A DNA stretch of 64,000 nt, from positions 154,692-218,691 of the forward strand of contig CAVOPN010000015.1 of the NCBI GenBank assembly GCA_963698105.1. The letters run 5' to 3'. This DNA is from Bryobacterales bacterium. GTDB lineage: Bacteria; Acidobacteriota; Terriglobia; Bryobacterales; Bryobacteraceae. The notes under the pieces were generated by a model, which saw only the letters and a program-made list of their open reading frames with translations, was not told where the DNA came from and did not search any database. A program made the translations under genes and the position numbers. Shown here in pieces: positions 56,387 to 64,000 of the stretch (positions are counted from its first letter, which is position 1; each line of letters begins with the position of its first letter).

Positions 56387-56896
56387 CTATCTCGCGTAGG
56401 CCGCGACTCTGCGCAGATTTGCCGCACGCTCCGGCGCGATCAGGCGCGGGGACGTCCTGCCGCAGCCGCAGGGCGCGGTTTCAAGAATTTCCCCTTCGCG
56501 CGGACACGCCAGTGGAGATTCAATATGCAACCCGTCGTGCGCTTCGCATTCCTGAGCCAGCAGGCAGCACTCCTCGTCGATTATCTGCTCGAATATGGGA
56601 ACCCGGAATGCGCGCCACAAGCGCTCTCGTGCATCCTCGGAAAGCGGCGGCTCATAGGGACGCACCAGGGCGATCAGCGCATTGCTCACTGAGGGAACCG
56701 GCGGCAGTGCCAGCAGCCAGGCCGGCGGAGCGGCGATCGCCAAGGGGCAGAAATCCGCGGCCTCCTTGCCCCATCCACGTTCGAAAACCCGGGTGTTTCC
56801 CGTGGACCGAAAGCCGCCGATCAGGATCGCCGTCAGCGGCGCGGGAGGGATCGGATAGACCAGTACCGGTTTTTTCCGCCAACTTCTGATTTGCAC
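56387..56896 (-). CDS. hypothetical protein, possibly a truncated PaaK/CapK-like adenylate-forming enzyme
   Basis: ...IFEQIIDEECCLLAQECEAHDGLHIES...CGCGRTSPRLI weakly resembles the C-terminal half of phenylacetate-CoA-ligase-like proteins. At 169 aa it is too short to be a complete enzyme. Confidence 0.35.
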   Translation of the reverse strand: MQIRSWRKKPVLVYPIPPAPLTAILIGGFRSTGNTRVFERGWGKEAADFCPLAIAAPPAWLLALPPVPSVSNALIALVRPYEPPLSEDARERLWRAFRVPIFEQIIDEECCLLAQECEAHDGLHIESPLACPREGEILETAPCGCGRTSPRLIAPERAANLRRVAAYAR

Positions 56897-57003
56897 ATAT
56901 AACTCGTTGCGTCAGCGGGCCAGAATTCTCAGGAGATTTTTCATCGACGACCTTGCGGATGCCGAGATTCCGATGTCGTCGTACAGGGCGGGACGTGCCC
57001 TAC

Positions 57004-57444
57004 TTAGCGATCACTGACAGGGAGCCGGTGGCGGAGGAGCGTGCATCCAAAACCGCGATGCGGATGCGGGAGAGGTTTTTTTGGGGCGAGATGGCTTGCT
57101 CCAGGATCAGGCCTTCGCGGCGCTTCGCGTTATAGACTTCGTCGGTGATATCGATGGTTATTTTCTTAGTGGCGGTCGAGAGAGTGCGCCCGTCGGCGGA
57201 TTGAGAGATAAAGGCTATGTCGAATTCGCCAATCCATTTTCCATTTTGGTTTCGAGCGCGAGATCTTCGAAACCGATGCGCAGCGCGATGCGGGAGTTGT
57301 CCATGGTGGCGACCAGACCGATAGCGGTGGAGTCGAGCGAGTTTACGGCAGTCTTGCGACGTTGACTTGGACGAGTTGGGTAGAGACGCGGATGGTGGGA
57401 TCCTGGGCGAGGAGGAAAGCGGGGAGCAGCAAGATGGCGCGCAT
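57004..57444 (-). pseudogene. remnant of an acidobacterial VWA-type secreted protein (signal peptide and C-terminal parts only, two frameshifts)
   Basis: Frame 1 reads MRAILLLPAFLLAQDPTIRVSTQLVQVNV then stops. Frame 2 reads ...LDSTAIGLVATMDNSRIALRIGFEDLALETKMENG. Frame 3 reads KWIGEFDIAFISQSADGRTL...RIRIAVLDARSSATGSLSVIAK. There is no VWA core. Confidence 0.4.
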
Positions 57445-57459
57445 CCTATTCAGGCCATC

Positions 57460-58278
57460 TCAGTGGGTCATCGAATAGACGATGAAGTTGATGCCCATGC
57501 GGATTCCCAGAGCGGAATAATGTTCCGGGTATTCCGGATAGTCGGCCCACTCCCAGGAATCGCCGGCATCGATATTGAACCAGATGGCGATCATTAACCG
57601 GCCCTGGTCGTCGTAGATGCCGCGCCAGTGCGGATCGACGCCGTCGTTGCGATAAGGGCGGCCGCTGCGCAGGGACCATTCGCCGGGGATGGGAGTTTTC
57701 GCGAGATCGAAAACAGTATGGAAGGCGCTGTCGGATTCGTCGATTTCCACGATGGCGCGGTCGGCAAAGATCATGTGCATGTTGCGCTCGAAATTTCCCC
57801 ATTCGCGCGTGCCCCAGAAATCGTCGCAAATTAAGAATCCGCCGTGGAGAAGATAGTCGCGCAGCTTAGCGGCTTGCTCATCGGTCAGGTTCATACTGCC
57901 GGCTTGCACGGCGTAGAGCCAAGGGTAATTGTAAACGTCATCGCCATCGTCGAGGTTCACGGGTTGCTCGACGGAGCGGACGTTCAGCCGCGTCAGGCGG
58001 CGCACAGCGACCGTGAAGTGGCGATCGGCGCGCGGATAATCGTTGGTCCAGGCGGCCCATCCGTTTTGCCAGGGTCCGCGAGTGCGAACCAGGCCGATGG
58101 TGGGATGCGGTGGAAACATGAGGCGGGCGAACATCCACTCGGTCTTTTCGCGATAGTCGGGAGGCAGAGGAAAGTCGGCGTACTCCTGGCCCGGATACTG
58201 CCGGAAAGGCTGCTGAAACGCGTACAGTGTTCCCAAAACGGCGAAGGCCAGCGCGAATCGCCCGTTCCGAGGAAGCAT
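57460..58278 (-). CDS. DUF4159 domain protein
   Basis: WTNDYPRADRHF...NYPWLYAVQAGSMNLTDEQAAKLRDYLLHGGFLICDDFWG matches the DUF4159 pattern. Confidence 0.7.
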   Translation of the reverse strand: MLPRNGRFALAFAVLGTLYAFQQPFRQYPGQEYADFPLPPDYREKTEWMFARLMFPPHPTIGLVRTRGPWQNGWAAWTNDYPRADRHFTVAVRRLTRLNVRSVEQPVNLDDGDDVYNYPWLYAVQAGSMNLTDEQAAKLRDYLLHGGFLICDDFWGTREWGNFERNMHMIFADRAIVEIDESDSAFHTVFDLAKTPIPGEWSLRSGRPYRNDGVDPHWRGIYDDQGRLMIAIWFNIDAGDSWEWADYPEYPEHYSALGIRMGINFIVYSMTH

Positions 58279-58357
58279 ACAAGCATCATTATCACCAACC
58301 GGGCCTCTTGCGCGAAAGATCGATCGGGAGTAATCTGCAATCAGAGAGGTACTTGCG

Positions 58358-58990
58358 GTGAAACTCGTTCGTTCTGCTCTTCTTCTTTCTTCTCTTTTTT
58401 CCCTTTCTCTTTTTGCCCAACACGGGGGCGGCGGTCATGGCGGCGGGGGTGGCCATGCCGGTGGAGGCTTCGGCGGTGGGGCGGTCCGCGGTGGCGGAGG
58501 CTTCGGCGGCGGTGCTTACCGCGGCGGCTCATTCGGCGGATATCGCGGCGGATACTACGGAGGCTATGGCTACCGCGGCTTCGGTTACGGCTACGGGTTT
58601 GGATTCGGCGTGGGATTGGGCTGGCCCTATTATGGCTATTACGGTTATCCCTACGGCTATCCTTATTATGGAGCCGCTTACTACGATCCCTATTACGATT
58701 ACGGCTATGCGGCTGCTCCAGCGGTGACCTACGCTGTTCCGGCGGCTCCGGCCGCTCCAGCGGCTCCAGCCGTGGCGGCAGGCAGCTACTATCGCCAGCC
58801 GGATTACTATTTGATCGCGTTTAACGACCATTCCATCCGCGCCGCTGCGTCCTATCACATCGTGGGCGATGACATTGAGTGGACGCCGAAGGAAGGCGGT
58901 CCGGTGCAGCGCGCTCCTCTATCGAGCGTCGATAAGGCGTTCAGCGCACAGATCAATCGCGACCGGCGCGTGCAATTCAACCTCCAGTAA
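58358..58990 (+). CDS. secreted Gly/Tyr-rich low-complexity protein with a conserved globular C-terminal domain
   Basis: GTG start preceded by agagagg. Signal peptide MKLVRSALLLSSLFSLSLFAQ. About 110 aa of G/Y/F/R repeats, then a PAAPAAP linker, then YYLIAFNDHSIRAAASYHIVGDDIEWTPKEGG... Confidence 0.65.
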   Translation: MKLVRSALLLSSLFSLSLFAQHGGGGHGGGGGHAGGGFGGGAVRGGGGFGGGAYRGGSFGGYRGGYYGGYGYRGFGYGYGFGFGVGLGWPYYGYYGYPYGYPYYGAAYYDPYYDYGYAAAPAVTYAVPAAPAAPAAPAVAAGSYYRQPDYYLIAFNDHSIRAAASYHIVGDDIEWTPKEGGPVQRAPLSSVDKAFSAQINRDRRVQFNLQ

Positions 58991-59034
58991 ATTCAAGCGC
59001 ATCCGGGGAGTGAAGTTCTGCATCCACTGAGGAT

Positions 59035-60096
59035 ATGGACCTTTTCTCCCCTTTGTCTCTTGGCGACTACACGTTACGCAATCGGATCGTAATGGCGCCC
59101 ATGACGCGGTCGCGCGCCGATGCGCAAGGCGTACATTCCGCGCTCGCCGTAGAATATTACAGCGCGCGGGCCGGTGCGGGCTTGATTCTCACTGAGGGAA
59201 CGGGTCCAAGTCCGATGGGGATGGGCTATGCACGCACACCCGGTATTTATAATGACGCGCAGATCGCTGCGTGGAAAAACGTGACGGATGCTGTTCACGG
59301 GCGCGGCGGCCGGATTTTCTTACAGATTATGCACGTCGGCCGGATCGCGCACTCCGCGAACCGGACGATCCCCGATGCTTTGGTGGCTCCGTCCGCAATT
59401 CGCGCGGAGGGGATGATGTGGACCGATTCGCAGGGCCTGCAACCGAACGACACGCCTCGCGCGTTGGAGCTTGCGGAGATCCCGCGCGTGATCGAGGAGT
59501 ACGCCACAGCGACGCGCAACGCTTTGAAGGCGGGTTTCGACGGTGTGGAATTGCACGCGGCGTCCGGATATCTGCCGAACCAGTTTTTAAGCCCGGATGC
59601 GAATAAGCGGACGGATGCATACGGGGGATCGATCGAGAATCGCATTCGCTTCGTGATCGAAACATTAGAGGCCATGATTGCGGCGGCGGGCTCTTCCGGC
59701 AAAGTCGGCATGAAAAACAGTCCGGGAATGAAGTTCAACGGCATCAACGACTCGGATCCGATTCCGACGTATGTCGCACTGGCGAACGCCATCGCACCGC
59801 TGAATCTCGCCTATCTCCACGTAATGCGCAGCGGGATCGGCGCCGAGGTCGCGCTCAGAAAGGCCTATCCCGGCACAATGCTGTTAGGCGGAGGCTTCAC
59901 GAAAGAGGAAGGGAATAAAGTCCTGGCCGAAGGCGGCGCGGACGCGATCGTCTTCGGCTCGAAGTACCTCGCAAATCCCGACCTGGTCACTCGATTCGAG
60001 AGAGACGCAGAGTTGAACGCGCCCGATCCCTCCACGTTCTATACGCCCGGCGCGAAGGGATACACGGATTATCCCTTGCTTGGTCCGGTACACTAA
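59035..60096 (+). CDS. nemA: Old Yellow Enzyme family alkene reductase / N-ethylmaleimide reductase
   Basis: LRNRIVMAPMTRSRA...LQIMHVGR...GFDGVELHAASGYLPNQFLS...RTDAYGGSIENR. Confidence 0.9.
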   Translation: MDLFSPLSLGDYTLRNRIVMAPMTRSRADAQGVHSALAVEYYSARAGAGLILTEGTGPSPMGMGYARTPGIYNDAQIAAWKNVTDAVHGRGGRIFLQIMHVGRIAHSANRTIPDALVAPSAIRAEGMMWTDSQGLQPNDTPRALELAEIPRVIEEYATATRNALKAGFDGVELHAASGYLPNQFLSPDANKRTDAYGGSIENRIRFVIETLEAMIAAAGSSGKVGMKNSPGMKFNGINDSDPIPTYVALANAIAPLNLAYLHVMRSGIGAEVALRKAYPGTMLLGGGFTKEEGNKVLAEGGADAIVFGSKYLANPDLVTRFERDAELNAPDPSTFYTPGAKGYTDYPLLGPVH

Positions 60097-60108
60097 AAGT
60101 TCACGCCC

Positions 60109-61065
60109 ATGTTCAAGTCTTTGTTCGGCTCCTCGCCCGCTCCTTCTTCCGAGCCTGGTCTTCTCGAACGCCTCAAGGCCGGCATTCAGAAGACGCGCGC
60201 GGGCCTCATGGAGAAGATCGAGGACGCCGTCAGTGGACGTAAGGAGATCGACGCGGGGGTTCTCGAAGAGCTCGAATACGCGCTCATCACCGCGGACATC
60301 GGCTCGAAAACCACGGCCGAGATTCTGGAGCGCATCCGCCAGCGCGTGGAGCGCCATCAGGTAGGCGATATCGCGGAGCTGAAGAGCCTGATTCGCGAAC
60401 ATCTGCTGGAGATTTTGCAAGCGACGGAAAAGCCCGTGCCGCTGGTGAAGGATCCTCCGGCGGTGATGATGGTGGTGGGCGTGAACGGGGCGGGGAAGAC
60501 CACGTCGATCGGGAAACTGACGCGCAGGTTGCAGTCGGAAGGCCGCACCGTACTGCTGTGCGCCGCCGACACGTTTCGCGCCGCGGCCATCGAACAGCTG
60601 GAAGTGTGGGCGGAAAGAACCGGCGCAGGATTGATCCGCCAGCAACCCGGCTCCGATCCGAGTGCAGTGTTGTTCGACGCGCTACAGGCCGCGAAGGCGC
60701 GCAAGGTCGACTACGTGATCGTCGACACGGCGGGACGTTTGCACACCAAAACGAATCTGATGGCGGAGCTGGAAAAAATGCGCCGGACAGCAGCGCGCGT
60801 GATTCCGGAGGCCCCCCACGAAGTGCTCCTGGTGATCGAAGCCACGACGGGACAAAACGGCTTGGAGCAAGCGCGCAAGTTCACGGAATCGAGTGCGGTG
60901 ACCGGAATTATTTTGACCAAGCTCGACGGCACGGCCAAAGGCGGAGTGGTGGTGGCGATTTCGAGGGAGCTGAATCTGCCGATCCGCTATGTAGGGGTCG
61001 GCGAGCAGTTAGACGATCTGCTGCCCTTCGAGCCCGAAAACTTCGCAGCGTCGTTGTTCGATTAA
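60109..61065 (+). CDS. ftsY: signal recognition particle receptor FtsY
   Basis: NG domain: [42 protein letters not shown]. Confidence 0.9.
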   Translation: MFKSLFGSSPAPSSEPGLLERLKAGIQKTRAGLMEKIEDAVSGRKEIDAGVLEELEYALITADIGSKTTAEILERIRQRVERHQVGDIAELKSLIREHLLEILQATEKPVPLVKDPPAVMMVVGVNGAGKTTSIGKLTRRLQSEGRTVLLCAADTFRAAAIEQLEVWAERTGAGLIRQQPGSDPSAVLFDALQAAKARKVDYVIVDTAGRLHTKTNLMAELEKMRRTAARVIPEAPHEVLLVIEATTGQNGLEQARKFTESSAVTGIILTKLDGTAKGGVVVAISRELNLPIRYVGVGEQLDDLLPFEPENFAASLFD

Positions 61066-61072
61066 CGACACG

Positions 61073-61282
61073 CTAGGCGAATAGCAAACGCCCTTTGGGC
61101 TCCGGAATAGCGCGCCCCAATTCCTTGGCTGTCTCGATCCATTCGTCGATCACAATCTCGACGTTGGCAAGCGCTTCCTGCCGAGTCGGCCCGTCAGCAG
61201 CGCATCCGGCAAGTTCAGGGATCTCGGCGATGAACGATTGGTCCTCGTCGCTCCAGTAGAGAATGATTTCGTGTTTAGTCAT
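61073..61282 (-). CDS. hicB: HicB-family antitoxin (second copy, no intact hicA partner)
   Basis: MTKHEIILYWSDEDQSFIAEIPELAGCAADGPTRQEALANVEIVIDEWIE, a clear paralogue of the 17054 hicB. Confidence 0.75.
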   Translation of the reverse strand: MTKHEIILYWSDEDQSFIAEIPELAGCAADGPTRQEALANVEIVIDEWIETAKELGRAIPEPKGRLLFA

Positions 61283-61314
61283 GTGTCTTTCATAAGAGTC
61301 AAAGATCACGTCCT

Positions 61315-62040
61315 TCACTCCGTCCCGCGTTTCACTTGGCCATTTCTAAGCAACTTGGCTAAGTCCCCTTTGTCGCCTTTAAAATCCGCCAATAGCATTC
61401 CGTCGACGATGCTTTCGTATGTTTCCTTGCGTCGCGATTTTTCTTGCATGCCAAGTGAAGTGACGCGGAACAGCCTGTCGCCAGATCCTTGGCTGAGTCT
61501 AGCCCCACCGGGTTTCGCCGAACTTGGAGGCGTCGATTTGCTCGATGTAATGAATTCGAATAAGAAGAGCTGATCGCGGTATCGGCGGTATCGCACTAGT
61601 TCGATGCTTCTAGGGATCTGTTGAACAGCGTGCTGGTCATAGGTCGAGAAATCCCCCGCTATACAAACCAAGCGAGGGCCCGACCAGTCCACATGGTCGG
61701 AGGCATCCGCGCCGAGTTTCCTTCCTACAAGCCGCTCAAACTCGGCCTGGTGATCCATCAACCAATCAAAATAATAGAGAACCTGATTAATAACGTTCTC
61801 GTTGAGCGCTCGTTTGTATTCAATGATGACAGGATGATTGCGGTCGTCAAGCCCGAGCGTATCGATCCTGCCGCCGTGGGTCTTGCCTGTCGGGTACTCC
61901 GTTGCCACCAAACGAATGTTTAGAAAAGACGGCAGGTTGTTTTCCAGTAGGCTCTGAAGAGACTTTTCGATCGCAATCGATTCGCCCATTAGCTCCTCTA
62001 CTGCGTCCGAGCCAATTCGGAATAGCTTTATCTCGCCCAT
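61315..62040 (-). CDS. PD-(D/E)xK nuclease-like protein (NucS/DUF91-like core)
   Basis: GRIDTLGLDDRNHPVIIEYKR supplies the D...E-x-K motif after an N-terminal LENNLPSF... segment. The C-terminal 80 aa are unassigned. Confidence 0.5.
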   Translation of the reverse strand: MGEIKLFRIGSDAVEELMGESIAIEKSLQSLLENNLPSFLNIRLVATEYPTGKTHGGRIDTLGLDDRNHPVIIEYKRALNENVINQVLYYFDWLMDHQAEFERLVGRKLGADASDHVDWSGPRLVCIAGDFSTYDQHAVQQIPRSIELVRYRRYRDQLFLFEFITSSKSTPPSSAKPGGARLSQGSGDRLFRVTSLGMQEKSRRKETYESIVDGMLLADFKGDKGDLAKLLRNGQVKRGTE

Positions 62041-62226
62041 TCACCGAATATACTCGCTTGGCCTGGCGTGTCGCCTGTGGTGGCTCAAAGTGCAACTCAA
62101 GCGCCTCTTTAAGATTCGCGAGCGCTCTTCTTCCGTCTCACCCTGACTCGCAATGTCGACCTCCAGGCACTGCGACACGTACCAATCTCCTTCGCGCCAA
62201 ACAGTCGCCGCAAACGGTCGTTTCAT
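62041..62226 (-). pseudogene. HicB-like (HicB_lk_antitox/UPF0150-type) gene with a frameshift
   Basis: MKRPFAATVWREGDWYVSQCLEVDIASQGETEEE, then a frame change near 62120-62130 to ALANLKEALELHFEPP. Confidence 0.5.
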
Positions 62227-62230
62227 GACT

Positions 62231-63589
62231 TTATTGTTGCAAATACCGCCCCACCGCCTCCGCCGCCTTCCGACCCTCCGCAATCGCCCATACCACTAAC
62301 GACTGCCCCCTCCGCGCATCCCCCGCCGCGAAAATTCCGGGTACCGACGTCGCGTAATCCGACGTTTCTATATTCCCCCGAGCATCCAGTTTCACCCCAG
62401 TCTCTTCGAGAAGTCCTGAGCGAACAGGACCCGTGAACCCCATCGCCAGCAGCACCAGATCCGCGTTCAGAACAATCTCTTCCCCCGAATCGAGCTTCTT
62501 CAAATGAAGCTGCTTCACGTTGCCAGCCTCATCGCCGGTAAACTTCGTCGACGACGCCGACCAGTGCCTCTCGCCGCCCTCCTCATGCGAGCTCTCGACT
62601 CGCAATTGCAAAGGCCACAAAGGCCACGGCGTCGATGCCGCTCGATTTTCCGGAGGCATCGGCAGAATCTCCAGCTGCTTCACCGACGCTGCTTTTTGAC
62701 GATGCGATGTTCCCAGGCAATCGGCGCCGGTATCGCCTCCGCCGATGATGATCACGTGTTTGCCGGTCGCAAGAATCTGACCCTCGACCGCATCTCCAGC
62801 GATCCGCCGGTTCTGCTGCGGCAGAAAATCCATCGCATAGTGGATGCCGCGCAACTGCCGCCCTTCGATCGGCAATTCGCGAGGCTGCTCCGCGCCCATC
62901 GCGAGCACCACCGCATCGAACTCCTTCAGATCCGACGCATGTACGCTTATGCCGGTTATAAACGAGACGCCCTCCGCCGCGATCTGCTCCAGCCGTCGAT
63001 CGATCCAGCGTTTCTCCATCTTGAAATCGGGTATGCCGTAGCGCAGCAGGCCGCCCATCCGGTCCGCTTTTTCAAACAGCGTCACGCGGTGTCCTGCCCG
63101 CCTCAATTGCTGTGCCGCGGCCAATCCCGCGGGCCCTGATCCCACCACCGCCACTCGCTTTCCCGTCTCTTTCAGCGGACGCTCGGGATGAATCCAGCCT
63201 TGCTCGAACGCATGATCGATAATCGAGCGCTCGATCACCTTAATGGACACCGGAGGCGCATTAATTCCCAGCACGCATGCCGCTTCGCAAGGCGCAGGGC
63301 AGATGCGCCCGGTGAACTCCGGAAAATTATTCGTCGCATGCAGCGCACGCACTGCTTCACGCCATCGGTCGCGATAAACGAAGTCATTCCAGTCGGGAAT
63401 CAGATTGTTCAGAGGACAGCCCGTATTGCAGAAAGGCACGCCGCAATCCATGCAGCGCGCGGCCTGCGTCTCCACTTTCGCGTCCTCGAAATCCTGATAA
63501 ATTTCAAAGTAATCGTTGACCCGCTCCTCCACCGGACGCCGCGCGGGAACCTCGCGCTCATATTCCAGAAATCCTGTGACCTTACCCAT
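62231..63589 (-). CDS. gltD: glutamate synthase (NADPH) small subunit
   Basis: Start [13 protein letters not shown]. Fe-S Cys cluster region CMDCGVPFC...GCP...[15 protein letters not shown] Rossmann motifs [14 protein letters not shown] and [12 protein letters not shown]. Confidence 0.9.
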   Translation of the reverse strand: MGKVTGFLEYEREVPARRPVEERVNDYFEIYQDFEDAKVETQAARCMDCGVPFCNTGCPLNNLIPDWNDFVYRDRWREAVRALHATNNFPEFTGRICPAPCEAACVLGINAPPVSIKVIERSIIDHAFEQGWIHPERPLKETGKRVAVVGSGPAGLAAAQQLRRAGHRVTLFEKADRMGGLLRYGIPDFKMEKRWIDRRLEQIAAEGVSFITGISVHASDLKEFDAVVLAMGAEQPRELPIEGRQLRGIHYAMDFLPQQNRRIAGDAVEGQILATGKHVIIIGGGDTGADCLGTSHRQKAASVKQLEILPMPPENRAASTPWPLWPLQLRVESSHEEGGERHWSASSTKFTGDEAGNVKQLHLKKLDSGEEIVLNADLVLLAMGFTGPVRSGLLEETGVKLDARGNIETSDYATSVPGIFAAGDARRGQSLVVWAIAEGRKAAEAVGRYLQQ

Positions 63590-64000
63590 GCACTGCTTCC
63601 TTCTTGCGTCCCACGCCCAGCACCCGCCGATACTCATGCGGGAAAACTTTCACGAACTTCGGCTGCATGAAGTGCCACTGATCCAAAATCCAGTTCGCCC
63701 GCGGACTCCCCGTCTCCTCCGCATGACGCGCGATCCAGTGGCGTAGCGTCTCGCTGTCGTCGGCCTCCTCCACCCGCTCCAGATCCACGCTTTCCCGATT
63801 GCAGCGAGTCCTCTGAAACTCGCCGTTTTCATCCATCACGTACGCGAAACCACCGGTCATGCCGGCGGCGAAATTCTTGCCCGTATCGCTCAGGCAAATG
63901 ACCAGCCCCTTGGTCATGTATTCGCAGCCATGGTCGCCGACGCCTTCCACCACCGCCGTCGCGCCGGAGTTACGCACAGCGAACCGCTCCCCCGCGCGGC
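63582..64000 (-). CDS. gltB: glutamate synthase large subunit, C-terminal GXGXG domain (partial, runs off the window)
   Basis: ...[41 protein letters not shown]... 8-nt overlap with the gltD start. Confidence 0.85.
   Translation of the reverse strand, partial: RAGERFAVRNSGATAVVEGVGDHGCEYMTKGLVICLSDTGKNFAAGMTGGFAYVMDENGEFQRTRCNRESVDLERVEEADDSETLRHWIARHAEETGSPRANWILDQWHFMQPKFVKVFPHEYRRVLGVGRKKEAVHG

Noticed and set aside
58400-58760. Repetitive GGC/GGT/TAC-rich DNA, considered as a possible tandem repeat, microsatellite or CRISPR-like array.
   Set aside because: There is no fixed repeat-spacer periodicity. The repetition is explained by the Gly/Tyr codons of a continuous ORF that has a signal peptide and a globular C-terminal domain.
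57844-58824. 326-aa plus-strand ORF rich in Arg, Leu and Trp.
   Set aside because: Its first half is antisense to the DUF4159 gene. Its second half is an alternative frame of the Gly/Tyr-rich gene, where GGC/GGT/TAC repeats read as R/L/W runs. It has no signal peptide, RBS or motif support.

Overview
High-GC (about 60% by eye) chromosomal segment. Gene content points to an Acidobacteriota genome of the Solibacter/Bryobacter type: an ADOP-type duplicated FtsX permease, CarboxypepD_reg-repeat secreted proteins, a GH16 enzyme carrying a Solibacter-type C-terminal domain, and a VWA-type remnant. I support about 55 protein-coding genes, one tRNA-Leu(UAG), several pseudogenes and four families of short dispersed intergenic repeats. 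I saw no rRNA and no CRISPR array. The core content is as follows. (1) Sugar and central metabolism: bifunctional aldolase/SDR, rpiB, two ROK kinases, GH16, an esterase, an HpcH-type aldolase and gltBD. (2) Housekeeping: hpt, rnr, ftsY and nuoI. (3) Two two-component systems. (4) Several MFS and ABC transporters. The most interesting observations are these. (1) A DedA-rhodanese fusion gene has an in-frame TGA at an active-site-loop Cys position, and a GC-rich hairpin 14 nt downstream. Either it is a selenoprotein or it carries a very recent nonsense mutation. (2) The uncharacterised triad of circularly permuted ATP-grasp, Alpha-E and transglutaminase genes is tightly followed by a cytochrome P450. 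(3) A degraded integrative element lies next to tRNA-Leu, within a zone of gene remnants. (4) There are five toxin-antitoxin-like loci. Both vapC toxins are frameshifted while their antitoxins are intact. One unusual module has a PD-(D/E)xK nuclease-like gene flanked by two HicB-like genes. (5) Short repeat families bracket individual genes. (6) A -10-like hexamer recurs 6-7 nt upstream of start codons, which suggests leaderless mRNAs. All coordinates and translations were worked out by hand from the sequence and the ORF track. No database search was run, so family names rest on recognised motifs and recollection.
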